Virus record (IMG/VR): IMGVR_UViG_3300006029_000080
Coordinates: 1 to 25,391 of that record
Strand: one strand, 5' to 3'
Length of the DNA stretch: 25,391 nt
Origin: a virus
Taxonomy: Duplodnaviria; Caudoviricetes
Part shown: piece by piece, positions 1 to 7,477 of the stretch
Layout: each line of letters begins with the position of its first letter
Position numbering within the stretch: position 1 is the first letter of the stretch
Notes under the pieces: generated by a model
Told to the model about the DNA's origin: nothing
Seen by the model: the letters and a program-made list of their open reading frames with translations, nothing else
The model's database searches: none
Program-made: the position numbers and the translations under genes

Positions 1-1023
1 GGGGTTGTTATGATGGAAACATCACAAGATGGCAATACCAGTATAGAAGTAGTTGAAGGTGTGCAATATGAAAAAGGCTTTACTAATAATCATTTTGTGA
101 CTAATCACGCAAGTAATACTGCGGAATTGAATAACCCTAAAATATTGTTAGTTGATTCAGCGGTAGACACGATTAGACAAATACAAACTATATTAGAGCA
201 TGTTATAAAAAATAACTTAGCTTTACTTATAGTTGGGGATGTTGATCCTAAAGTTGCCGCAGCACTTGCAATGAACAAAAATAAAGGCTCTATAAAAATT
301 AATATAGTTCCAGCACCTACACATGGTGTTAATAGAAAAGAAATATTTGATGATTTAGCTTTATTAACAGGGGCGACTGTAGTAAGCGAAAATCTAGGTG
401 ATGATTTAGATTTAATTGATTTAGATTGTTTAGGCGCTTGCATTAAAGCAGTATCAACATTTAAAGATACCGTTTTTCAGGTAGCAGAAGAACAATCGGA
501 AGATATTAAACTAATTATTGAAAGTATAAAAGAACAATTGCTTATAGAAAGCAATCCTAACAAAATAGTTAAACTTGAAAAAAGATTAGCTATGCTAGCT
601 GCAAAACTTGCAATAGTAAAAGTTGGAGGTAATTCTGAGGTTGAATTAAATGAAAAGAAAGATAGAGTTGAAGATGCAATATGCGCAACTAAAGCTGCTA
701 TAAAAGAAGGTGTGGTTGCCGGTGGCGGAGTTGCACTAATTAATGCAATCAGAAGTATAAAACCAAAGTCATCTAGTGAAGAGCTGGTTATTGAAGCTTT
801 GTATTATCCTTGCAAAACGATTATGAAAAATGCAGGATTAGAATATGAGCATATAAATAAAAAAGATTTTGGTGTTAATGTTGAAACTGGAAGAACAGTA
901 AATATGTTTAAAGCAGGTATTATAGATCCTGTGCTAGTTACCAAGTCGGCATTAAAAAATGCTGCCTCAGTTGCTTCGACTATATTGTCCACCAACTGTG
1001 TTATGTCTAACGTAAGAGGATAA
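1..1023 (+). CDS. groEL: Phage-encoded chaperonin GroEL (Cpn60), 5'-truncated by the window edge
   Basis: The frame is open from base 1 (GVVMMETS..EVVEG, matching GroEL GVITVE..EVVEG). Motifs: KVGGNSEVELNEKKDRVEDA (catalytic Asp398 equivalent), GVVAGGGVAL, GIIDP..VTKSALKNAASVA. No GGM tail. Confidence 0.96.
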   Translation, partial: GVVMMETSQDGNTSIEVVEGVQYEKGFTNNHFVTNHASNTAELNNPKILLVDSAVDTIRQIQTILEHVIKNNLALLIVGDVDPKVAAALAMNKNKGSIKINIVPAPTHGVNRKEIFDDLALLTGATVVSENLGDDLDLIDLDCLGACIKAVSTFKDTVFQVAEEQSEDIKLIIESIKEQLLIESNPNKIVKLEKRLAMLAAKLAIVKVGGNSEVELNEKKDRVEDAICATKAAIKEGVVAGGGVALINAIRSIKPKSSSEELVIEALYYPCKTIMKNAGLEYEHINKKDFGVNVETGRTVNMFKAGIIDPVLVTKSALKNAASVASTILSTNCVMSNVRG

Positions 1024-1024
1024 T

Positions 1025-1285
1025 ATGAATGCAATAGGTAGAAACATAATAATAAAAAAATTAAAAGAAGGTGTTACTAAAACTAAAGGCGGATTGCTTT
1101 TAGCTGAAAACCACCGAGAAGATATAAGATATGTAGAAGCTACAGTAGTATCTACAGGATCTGAATGTGACGGAATAAATAAAGATGATGTAATATATTA
1201 CGATCGTCATGCTGGTCACAAAATAGAACTTGATAAAGAAACATATCACGTTATTAAAGCTCAAGATGTAGTATTTGTTTTATGA
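1025..1285 (+). CDS. groES: Co-chaperonin GroES (Cpn10)
   Basis: 86 aa. N-terminal strand AIGRNIIIK, mobile loop KTKGGLLLA, ATVVSTG, C-terminal YHVIKAQDVV. Lies immediately after groEL. Confidence 0.92.
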   Translation: MNAIGRNIIIKKLKEGVTKTKGGLLLAENHREDIRYVEATVVSTGSECDGINKDDVIYYDRHAGHKIELDKETYHVIKAQDVVFVL

Positions 1286-1728
1286 GAGAGTTAACCGGCC
1301 AGAAGTTAAAAGAAATAGGTCTGTTAAAACACTATAGAGTAATACGAAGATGGGCTTGTAAAAAAACTGGACTAACCGATGCTGACTTAGAATTATTAAT
1401 ATACTTTGATTGTTTAGGTAATTTCACAAGAAAAGACTTTGAAGATGGCATTTTAATTTATTCTTGGGACAATAGAAGATGGAATAGATTATTAAAAGAG
1501 GGTTGGATAGTTAAGTGGAGAGGATATAACGGCGCAGATAAAAGCTATAGTATATATCAAGTTAGTTTACAAACAAAAAATATAATACAACAGATTTATA
1601 GAATAATGTTGGGAACAGAAGATATACCAACTTCTACAAGACGTAATCCAGCAATGAAACGGATTTCTTACAGTGACAAAACTTTAGCCACTGCTATAGG
1701 AAAAATTAATAAAGATAAAACAAGATAA
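1282..1728 (+). CDS. Putative winged-helix (MarR-like) DNA-binding protein
   Basis: Pattern LTDADLELLIYF..FTRKDF..RWNRLLKEGWIVK..YQVS fits a wHTH with a wing. ATGA overlap with groES. Confidence 0.55.
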   Translation: MRELTGQKLKEIGLLKHYRVIRRWACKKTGLTDADLELLIYFDCLGNFTRKDFEDGILIYSWDNRRWNRLLKEGWIVKWRGYNGADKSYSIYQVSLQTKNIIQQIYRIMLGTEDIPTSTRRNPAMKRISYSDKTLATAIGKINKDKTR

Positions 1729-1730
1729 TT

Positions 1731-2123
1731 ATGGCAGGAATAATGGCAGCAATGAAACCTTTTAGTAGTCTGGGAACTGCTTTTTCAAACAACCCGGCTC
1801 TTAAAGCTGTGCAACAAGCTCAACAAAGAGCACAAGCTCAGGCAGCAAGTCAACCAGCAGGAGTTGCAGGAGCAGCGTCCGTTTCAGCGGCACCCCCAGC
1901 GCCTTCAGCAACAGACACTAGCGGACTAGAAGCTAGGATAGCAGCTTTAGAGGCAGGTGGGTCTAATACAGAAGAGTCAATTGTTCAAGCCGCAACGCCG
2001 CCTCCTTCCACACCGTCATCTATGGCTCCAGGAGCTTTAGCTGTGGGGGAAGCAATGTTTGGAAATCAAGAGCAACGAGATATGGCTGTAGACCCTAATA
2101 TTTTTAACAGAAGATTTAATTAA
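1731..2123 (+). CDS. Hypothetical low-complexity Ala/Gln/Pro-rich protein
   Basis: 130-aa ORF tightly packed with its neighbours. Short coiled-coil LEARIAALE within a probably disordered chain. Confidence 0.6.
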   Translation: MAGIMAAMKPFSSLGTAFSNNPALKAVQQAQQRAQAQAASQPAGVAGAASVSAAPPAPSATDTSGLEARIAALEAGGSNTEESIVQAATPPPSTPSSMAPGALAVGEAMFGNQEQRDMAVDPNIFNRRFN

Positions 2124-2131
2124 TAAACGAT

Positions 2132-2362
2132 ATGGAATATAAAAAAAGAATGGTTGACAATCCAACAGGAAAAGCAACTAACGCAAAAGAAATAGGAGAA
2201 AGTGCTTTATGGGATGGTCCCTTAAGTCAAGAAGGCAGACCTCATGCAAAGGGTAATTCTTCTGGAATAAACCCAATACAAGTTTTAAAATACCCTTGCA
2301 GGTATGAGTCAAAACCAATAACGGAATGTGCCAAGAAAGGACGGTACAATGAAGCTTACTAA
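2132..2362 (+). CDS. Hypothetical phage protein
   Basis: 76-aa ORF in the operon, A-rich leader, LWDGPL..G.SSG segment. Confidence 0.65.
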   Translation: MEYKKRMVDNPTGKATNAKEIGESALWDGPLSQEGRPHAKGNSSGINPIQVLKYPCRYESKPITECAKKGRYNEAY

Positions 2363-2735
2363 AAATTTTAATAAGTCTGAATTTGAATGTAAGTGTGGTT
2401 GCGAAATGCCAGAAGATGTTTTGTTTGAAATACAAAAACTAGCAGCTCAGTTACAAACAATAAGAGATTTTATAAAAAAACCTGTAAAGCTTACAAATGC
2501 GTATAGGTGTCCTAAGCATAATAAAGCGGTTGGAGGGGTTTCAAACTCACAGCATATATTAGGTAAAGCTGCTGATATTCAAATAAATAATTTAGACCCA
2601 GCAGAAGTTTATAAAGCAATAGACAATTTAACCGAGCACGGTCACATATTACAAGGAGGTCTTGGTAAGTATAACACCTTTACTCATTACGATATAAGAA
2701 AAACTAGAGCCCGTTGGGATAAAACAGTAGAATAA
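2349..2735 (+). CDS. Peptidase M15A-family Zn peptidase, putative endolysin
   Basis: MKLTKNF..EFECKCG, YRCPKHN..VGG..SQH..GKAADI (SxHxxxxAxD), GLGKY.TFTHYDIR. Start moved from 2328 to ATG 2349 because family members begin MxLTxNF. Confidence 0.88.
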   Translation: MKLTKNFNKSEFECKCGCEMPEDVLFEIQKLAAQLQTIRDFIKKPVKLTNAYRCPKHNKAVGGVSNSQHILGKAADIQINNLDPAEVYKAIDNLTEHGHILQGGLGKYNTFTHYDIRKTRARWDKTVE

Positions 2736-3049
2736 TGGCAGTAAAGAAAAAATCAGCGCCTAAGAAAAGAGGTAAGGCGCCATCGCGTAAGAAATCAAAA
2801 GGAAACTACGCAAAAGTAAAAAAAGGTAAAGGCCGAGGTAAAAAAGCCGGAGGAGGAATGACTGCCAAAGGAGTTGCAAAGTACCGCAAAGATAATCCTG
2901 GTAGTAAATTAAAAACTGCCGTGACTACACCACCCTCTAAATTAAAAAAAGGCAGTAAAGCTGCTAAGAGACGTAAATCATTTTGTGCAAGATCTAAAGG
3001 CTGGAAATCAGAAAGAGGATTAGCTGCGCGAAGAAAATGGAACTGTTAA
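2735..3049 (+). CDS. Lys/Arg-rich small phage protein (DUF6321-like C-terminal domain)
   Basis: Histone-like basic N-terminus followed by GGMTAKG..YR..NPGSKLK..RRKSFCARS..ARRKWNC, a motif recalled from aquatic phages. TAATG coupling to the M15 gene. Confidence 0.7.
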   Translation: MAVKKKSAPKKRGKAPSRKKSKGNYAKVKKGKGRGKKAGGGMTAKGVAKYRKDNPGSKLKTAVTTPPSKLKKGSKAAKRRKSFCARSKGWKSERGLAARRKWNC

Positions 3050-3050
3050 T

Positions 3051-3167
3051 ATGAAAGGAAAAAAGAAAAAATCAACGCCTTGCTGGACGGGCTATATTAA
3101 AAAAGGCACAAAGATGAAAGGCAATCGCAGAGTTAATAATTGTGTGAAAGCTTCAAGAAACCGATAA
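3051..3167 (+). CDS. 38-aa cationic peptide with a CWxGY..NCV motif (absent from the ORF track)
   Basis: Hand translation: MKGKKKKSTPCWTGYIKKGTKMKGNRRVNNCVKASRNR*. It fills the gap between the flanking genes with 1-nt and 2-nt spacers. Confidence 0.75.
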   Translation: MKGKKKKSTPCWTGYIKKGTKMKGNRRVNNCVKASRNR

Positions 3168-3169
3168 TT

Positions 3170-3661
3170 ATGAATAAGAATCCGAACGCAAAAAAAAATG
3201 GCGGTGGAGGAACAGCTGTAGGAAGAGCTTTAAGATTCTTAGCCGCTCAAGGAAAAAAGTTTGCCCCAGAGCTGTTAGATATGGCAGGATCATTAACTGG
3301 GGTTGAAGCATTAAGTAAATTAGGAACTGCAATTAAAGGTGATTCCGGATTATCTGAAATAGATAAAAAATTATTATTAGCTGAACTAGAAACAGACGCA
3401 ATAAGAGAACAAGAAATAACTAAACGTTGGGAAGCTGATTTACATTCAGATAGTTGGTTGTCAAAAAATGTACGGCCATTAACATTAACATTCTTATTAG
3501 CTTGCATGTTTCTTTTTGTTATATTAGATAGCACAGATTCAATACCATTTAATATAGATGGAGAATGGATAGATCTTCTTAAAGCACTTATGATAACTGC
3601 CGTTGGCGGTTACTTTGTAGTTAGATCAGGAGAAAAGATAACAAACAAAATAAAAAAATAA
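3170..3661 (+). CDS. Putative holin (GTA 3TM holin-like)
   Basis: RWEADLHSDSWLSKNVRPL followed by two hydrophobic segments (LTLTFLLACMFLFVIL; LLKALMITAVGGYFVV) and RS.EK with a basic tail. ATG 3170 preferred over TTG 3140. Confidence 0.75.
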   Translation: MNKNPNAKKNGGGGTAVGRALRFLAAQGKKFAPELLDMAGSLTGVEALSKLGTAIKGDSGLSEIDKKLLLAELETDAIREQEITKRWEADLHSDSWLSKNVRPLTLTFLLACMFLFVILDSTDSIPFNIDGEWIDLLKALMITAVGGYFVVRSGEKITNKIKK

Positions 3662-3681
3662 CCATAAACACAAACATAACC

Positions 3682-3909
3682 ATGAACAAGTACGACAAAA
3701 AAATGATGCATGAAAGAGAGCTAATCTACGATGCAAAAGGACAACTTCACCGAGCTGACAAAGAGTACAAAAAAGGTGATAAGCATGCGAAGCAAACAAT
3801 GATTCACGACCGTGAATTAATATATGATGCTAAAGGAGCTATTCACCGAGTAGACGATTACAAACATAGCGGACACCCTCTAAGTAAACACTGGCAAAAT
3901 AATAGATAA
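3682..3909 (+). CDS. His-rich small protein with an internal duplication
   Basis: 75 aa containing two copies of MxH(E/D)RELIYDAKGxxHRxD, 32 residues apart. Confidence 0.75.
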   Translation: MNKYDKKMMHERELIYDAKGQLHRADKEYKKGDKHAKQTMIHDRELIYDAKGAIHRVDDYKHSGHPLSKHWQNNR

Positions 3910-3911
3910 TT

Positions 3912-4229
3912 ATGGGACAATTTCCAACAAATCCAAGTTATATAACAAGAGCACAAACGTGGATCCCTACTAATTCTATAAATCTTAAGTCTGCTTGGGT
4001 TTTTGAAAATCAGTCCGGGTCTTTAGGAACTAATTTAACAGGTTCTGTAGTATATGTAGGAACTGCTGGCACAGTAAGAGTAATTGTAGCAGGAACACCA
4101 AATCCTCAAATCTCAGATGCATTAGAATTTAAAAACGTTGCTGCTGGAACAGTTTTACCAGTTGTAGTAGACTATGTATTAATTCCATCCAATGGGAGTG
4201 CCGCATCAGATATAATAGTAGGTAAATAA
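3912..4229 (+). CDS. Putative capsid vertex/spike-base beta protein (RcGTA Rcc01079-like)
   Basis: VYVGTAGTVRV..FKNVAAGTVLPVVV..V....AASDII resembles the YVGxxGxVxV..FxNVxAGxxLPV pattern of spike-base proteins. Confidence 0.55.
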   Translation: MGQFPTNPSYITRAQTWIPTNSINLKSAWVFENQSGSLGTNLTGSVVYVGTAGTVRVIVAGTPNPQISDALEFKNVAAGTVLPVVVDYVLIPSNGSAASDIIVGK

Positions 4230-4253
4230 CAGATAGGACTGTATAAACCTAAA

Positions 4254-4675
<422 letters not shown>

Positions 4676-4685
4676 TAAAATAACT

Positions 4686-4719
4686 ATAGTCTTGCGGGAT
4701 TAACGTCTCGCGAGGCTAT
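4686..4719 (+). terminator. 14-bp RNA hairpin (terminator or processing/stability element)
   Basis: ATAGTCTTGCGGGA-ttaacg-TCTCGCGAGGCTAT pairs fully with 3 G:U pairs. The 3' tail is AT-rich but not a clean U run. Confidence 0.65.
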
Positions 4720-4735
4720 TATTAATAATATAAAC

Positions 4736-5041
4736 ATGGCTTTTAAAATTAGCGCTCCATATAAAATAATTGATACTCCTATCTATCATAAAGATATAGG
4801 TGATGATATTAATGGTTTAGCTACTAACAAAGGCACAATTATATTAAATAATAATTTGTCTCCTTTAAAAGAAAAAAATGTTATAGCTCATGAAATGGTG
4901 CACATCAATCAAATAAAAAGAGGCGATTTAGACTATGATAACGATTACGTTTATTGGAAAGGTAAGAAATATCCACGAAGCACTATGAAAGAAGGGGCAA
5001 AAAATTTGCCTTGGGAAGCTGAAGCCTATAAAAATGCATAA
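4736..5041 (+). CDS. Small HExxH zincin-like metallopeptidase
   Basis: VIAHEMVHINQ preceded by the strand GTIILN, with downstream PWEAEAY supplying a likely third ligand Glu. Confidence 0.7.
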   Translation: MAFKISAPYKIIDTPIYHKDIGDDINGLATNKGTIILNNNLSPLKEKNVIAHEMVHINQIKRGDLDYDNDYVYWKGKKYPRSTMKEGAKNLPWEAEAYKNA

Positions 5042-5251
5042 ATGAAAACTTCTAAAAAAGGTTATTTAAAAAACAGCCCTGATGTTAGTAAGCCCCAAAA
5101 TATTATAAAAGGCGGACGTATAACAATGAAAGGAGTCAAGTTTAAGGTATTAGGGACTGACGATCGAGGATATACTCAAATAATGTACCCAGGATATGAT
5201 TATTATTTTCCTCACGCTAAATACGTTATAGAAACGCCAATTAAAAATTAA
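5042..5251 (+). CDS. Hypothetical small phage protein
   Basis: 69 aa. ITMKGV.F.VLG.DD.G....MYPG.DY.FP motif recalled from Bacteroidetes phage proteins. Confidence 0.65.
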   Translation: MKTSKKGYLKNSPDVSKPQNIIKGGRITMKGVKFKVLGTDDRGYTQIMYPGYDYYFPHAKYVIETPIKN

Positions 5252-5278
5252 CAATTAAAAATTAACAATTAAATTTAA
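5238..5278 (+). repeat. Tandem repeat: CAATTAAAAATTAA twice plus a degenerate third copy
   Basis: 5238-5251 and 5252-5265 are identical; 5266-5278 reads CAATTAAATTTAA. Confidence 0.8.
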
Positions 5279-5282
5279 TCAA

Positions 5283-5624
5283 ATGAAAAATTTATTTATT
5301 ACATTATTATTACTAGTATCAAGTCAATTATTTGCGCAAAAAGAGTTAAGCGGTTTATGGGAGAGTGAAACCTCCTCTTACATAACCACAATAGTAACTT
5401 CAGAATATGCGGTATTAAACGTTTTTAATACAAGTTTTAGCAAAAATAGAGTAATAACAGAAAAAATAATAGATTATAAAAACAATAAATTAACAACTAA
5501 CCTACACAATTCTCTTAACGGGTACACTGTTCAAATTGAATATTCTTTACAAAGTGAGGATATTATTGTTTGTACTTATAGTGGCGACTGGGAAGGAGAT
5601 GTTATATTAACCCGATTAAAATAA
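5283..5624 (+). CDS. Secreted/periplasmic beta-rich protein with a Sec signal peptide
   Basis: MKNLFITLLLLVSSQLFA|QKELSGLW: basic n-region, hydrophobic core, Ala at -1, Gln at +1, then a lipocalin-like GxW. Confidence 0.75.
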   Translation: MKNLFITLLLLVSSQLFAQKELSGLWESETSSYITTIVTSEYAVLNVFNTSFSKNRVITEKIIDYKNNKLTTNLHNSLNGYTVQIEYSLQSEDIIVCTYSGDWEGDVILTRLK

Positions 5625-5630
5625 ATAATT

Positions 5631-6119
5631 ATGGCATACATGCAAATACCGGGTAGAACCCCTTTAAAAAACAAAAAATTTGAGGATCTAACCAATGGAA
5701 TACCCTTAAGACAAGAAATGAGTAATGACGAAAAAGAAGGAAGAGGAAAATATTCTAAAAATAAAAAGGATAGCGGAGGAGCTTACACCGCAGTAGATCA
5801 AAAAACCGGAGAAGAATACATGAGTACTGCGAAAGAACGAAAATTTAATGCGGACGCCCGCGATGGCACGTTAGCTATGCCCCCAGGAACAAGAAATGTT
5901 GACTACAATCCCGAGACCAAAAGTTATACCGCTAGACCTTATTCAGATAAAGCACCTAAGAAACAAATTCCTGAATACAAAAAACGACTAGCCAAAAAAG
6001 GAGATCCTTATGCTCGAAGAGAATATAAGGCATTTAAAGAAGATTCAACTAATTATATGCGATATGCAAACAGAGATGTAAAAACATTTAATCAAGCATC
6101 TAGCCGAGCCCAAAACTAA
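5631..6119 (+). CDS. Hypothetical hydrophilic, basic protein
   Basis: 162-aa ORF in the operon, with no recognisable domain. Confidence 0.65.
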   Translation: MAYMQIPGRTPLKNKKFEDLTNGIPLRQEMSNDEKEGRGKYSKNKKDSGGAYTAVDQKTGEEYMSTAKERKFNADARDGTLAMPPGTRNVDYNPETKSYTARPYSDKAPKKQIPEYKKRLAKKGDPYARREYKAFKEDSTNYMRYANRDVKTFNQASSRAQN

Positions 6120-6153
6120 ACACAATAATTATTAACAATTAAATTAAATCAAA

Positions 6154-6423
6154 ATGAGTAAAGTAAAAAAAATGAAATCAGAAAACTTATCAATTAGTAA
6201 AGAACAATTAGAAAAAGTACAAACGCTGCAAGCAGACTTACAAAAGTTTTGTGCGCACATTGGAGGATTAGAGGTTCAAAAAGCAAAAGCTATTTATCAA
6301 ATAAATATGCTTGAAAAAGAAATGGAGGACTTTAAAAAATCTATTGAAGACGAGTATGGACCTATTAACATTAATTTAACTGACGGTACTTATGAAGTAA
6401 TACCTACGGATAAAAAAGAGTAG
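6154..6423 (+). CDS. Coiled-coil protein with a C-terminal beta-hairpin
   Basis: Heptad-like LEKVQTLQADLQ..INMLEKEMEDFKKSIEDEYG followed by ININLTDGTYE. Confidence 0.7.
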   Translation: MSKVKKMKSENLSISKEQLEKVQTLQADLQKFCAHIGGLEVQKAKAIYQINMLEKEMEDFKKSIEDEYGPININLTDGTYEVIPTDKKE

Positions 6424-6427
6424 GGTC

Positions 6428-6655
6428 ATGGGCAATATTATAAGAAAGATAAGTATAGGTGCTGACTATAAGAACGAAGCAATGCATTACTCTGTTAAGC
6501 AGACAGTTTACGGTGGGCACGAAATTTCTCATATAATATTTGAAGAGTCTGATAATTCTTATAATATATTTATAAAAAAAGAAGACGAGGTAATGCCGTG
6601 GAAGAAGTTTAATTCTAACATGGCAATATCCGTTGAGTATGACTTGGAGTACTAA
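6428..6655 (+). CDS. Conserved-type hypothetical phage protein
   Basis: 75 aa, beta-rich (IRKISIG.DYK..AMHY..PWK.FN). TAATG-coupled to the next gene. Confidence 0.7.
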   Translation: MGNIIRKISIGADYKNEAMHYSVKQTVYGGHEISHIIFEESDNSYNIFIKKEDEVMPWKKFNSNMAISVEYDLEY

Positions 6656-7260
6656 TGAGAAGTATATACGATTTTATCATAAAGCCAGTAGGCCAAAGAT
6701 ATGATAATACGGTAAAGGTTGGGGAAGTAGACCTAGTAACTAATACTTCTATAGAAAGTTTTAAGCACGTTAATAATATAGCGGAAGTTGTAGAAACTCC
6801 CGCGGCATTTGCAACCCCTATAAAAAAAGGGGATCTAATTGTAGTTCATCATAACGTGTTTAGAGTTTTTTATGATATGAAAGGACTTAAAAAAAATAGT
6901 AGATCGTTTCTTAAAGACGGGCTTTTTATGTGTGCAATAGATCAAATATATTTGTACAAGAATAAAAAGAACTGGAAATCATTTGGCGATAGATGCTTTG
7001 TTGCTCCGGTTAAAAATAAAGACCCTTTTAGTAGCGATAAAACAGCTAGTCTTATTGGTATACTAAAAATAGGCAATAAGTCCTTAGAACGTGCTGGAAT
7101 CAATCCAGGGGACATAATTGGATTTACACCAAATAGCGAATGGGAATTTGTTATAGATAATCAAATTATGTATTGTATGAAATCAAATGATATTGTTATA
7201 AAGTATGAGCTCGATAGAAACGAAGAAGAATATAATAGCGGCTGGGCGCGAAGCAATTAA
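6655..7260 (+). CDS. Tandem two-domain GroES-like co-chaperonin
   Basis: Domain 1: DFIIKP..AEVVETP..IKKGDLIVV..DQIY. Domain 2: KSFGDRCFVAP..GILKIG..INPGDIIGF...E.EFVIDNQIMYCMKSNDIV. Compare GroES PLxDRVxV..GxVxAVG..VKVGDxVxF..EVxIDGEEYLIMxExDIL. Confidence 0.75.
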   Translation: MRSIYDFIIKPVGQRYDNTVKVGEVDLVTNTSIESFKHVNNIAEVVETPAAFATPIKKGDLIVVHHNVFRVFYDMKGLKKNSRSFLKDGLFMCAIDQIYLYKNKKNWKSFGDRCFVAPVKNKDPFSSDKTASLIGILKIGNKSLERAGINPGDIIGFTPNSEWEFVIDNQIMYCMKSNDIVIKYELDRNEEEYNSGWARSN

Positions 7261-7477
7261 AGAATTAGTAAAGGTAGCAAAAGAAAAGATCGTTGACTCA
7301 GAAGAAGATATATCTGCTGACAGACTTAAAAATGCTGCCGCTACTAAAAAGCTTTGCATATTTGATGCTTTCGAAATATTAAATAAGATTCAAGAAGAGG
7401 AGCAGATGATTGCAGATTCCAATGATAAAGCAAATAAACCTACATTTAAAGGTTTTGCAGAGGGGAGATCTAAGTAA
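7205..7477 (+). CDS. Putative terminase small subunit
   Basis: 90-aa helical protein directly upstream of terL and TAATG-coupled to it. Assignment is by synteny only. Confidence 0.5.
   Translation: MSSIETKKNIIAAGREAIKELVKVAKEKIVDSEEDISADRLKNAAATKKLCIFDAFEILNKIQEEEQMIADSNDKANKPTFKGFAEGRSK

Noticed and set aside
1-1285. Bacterial chromosomal groESL operon, implying a host-prophage junction
   Set aside because: Reversed gene order, divergent sequence, no GGM tail and seamless coupling to phage genes indicate phage-encoded copies.
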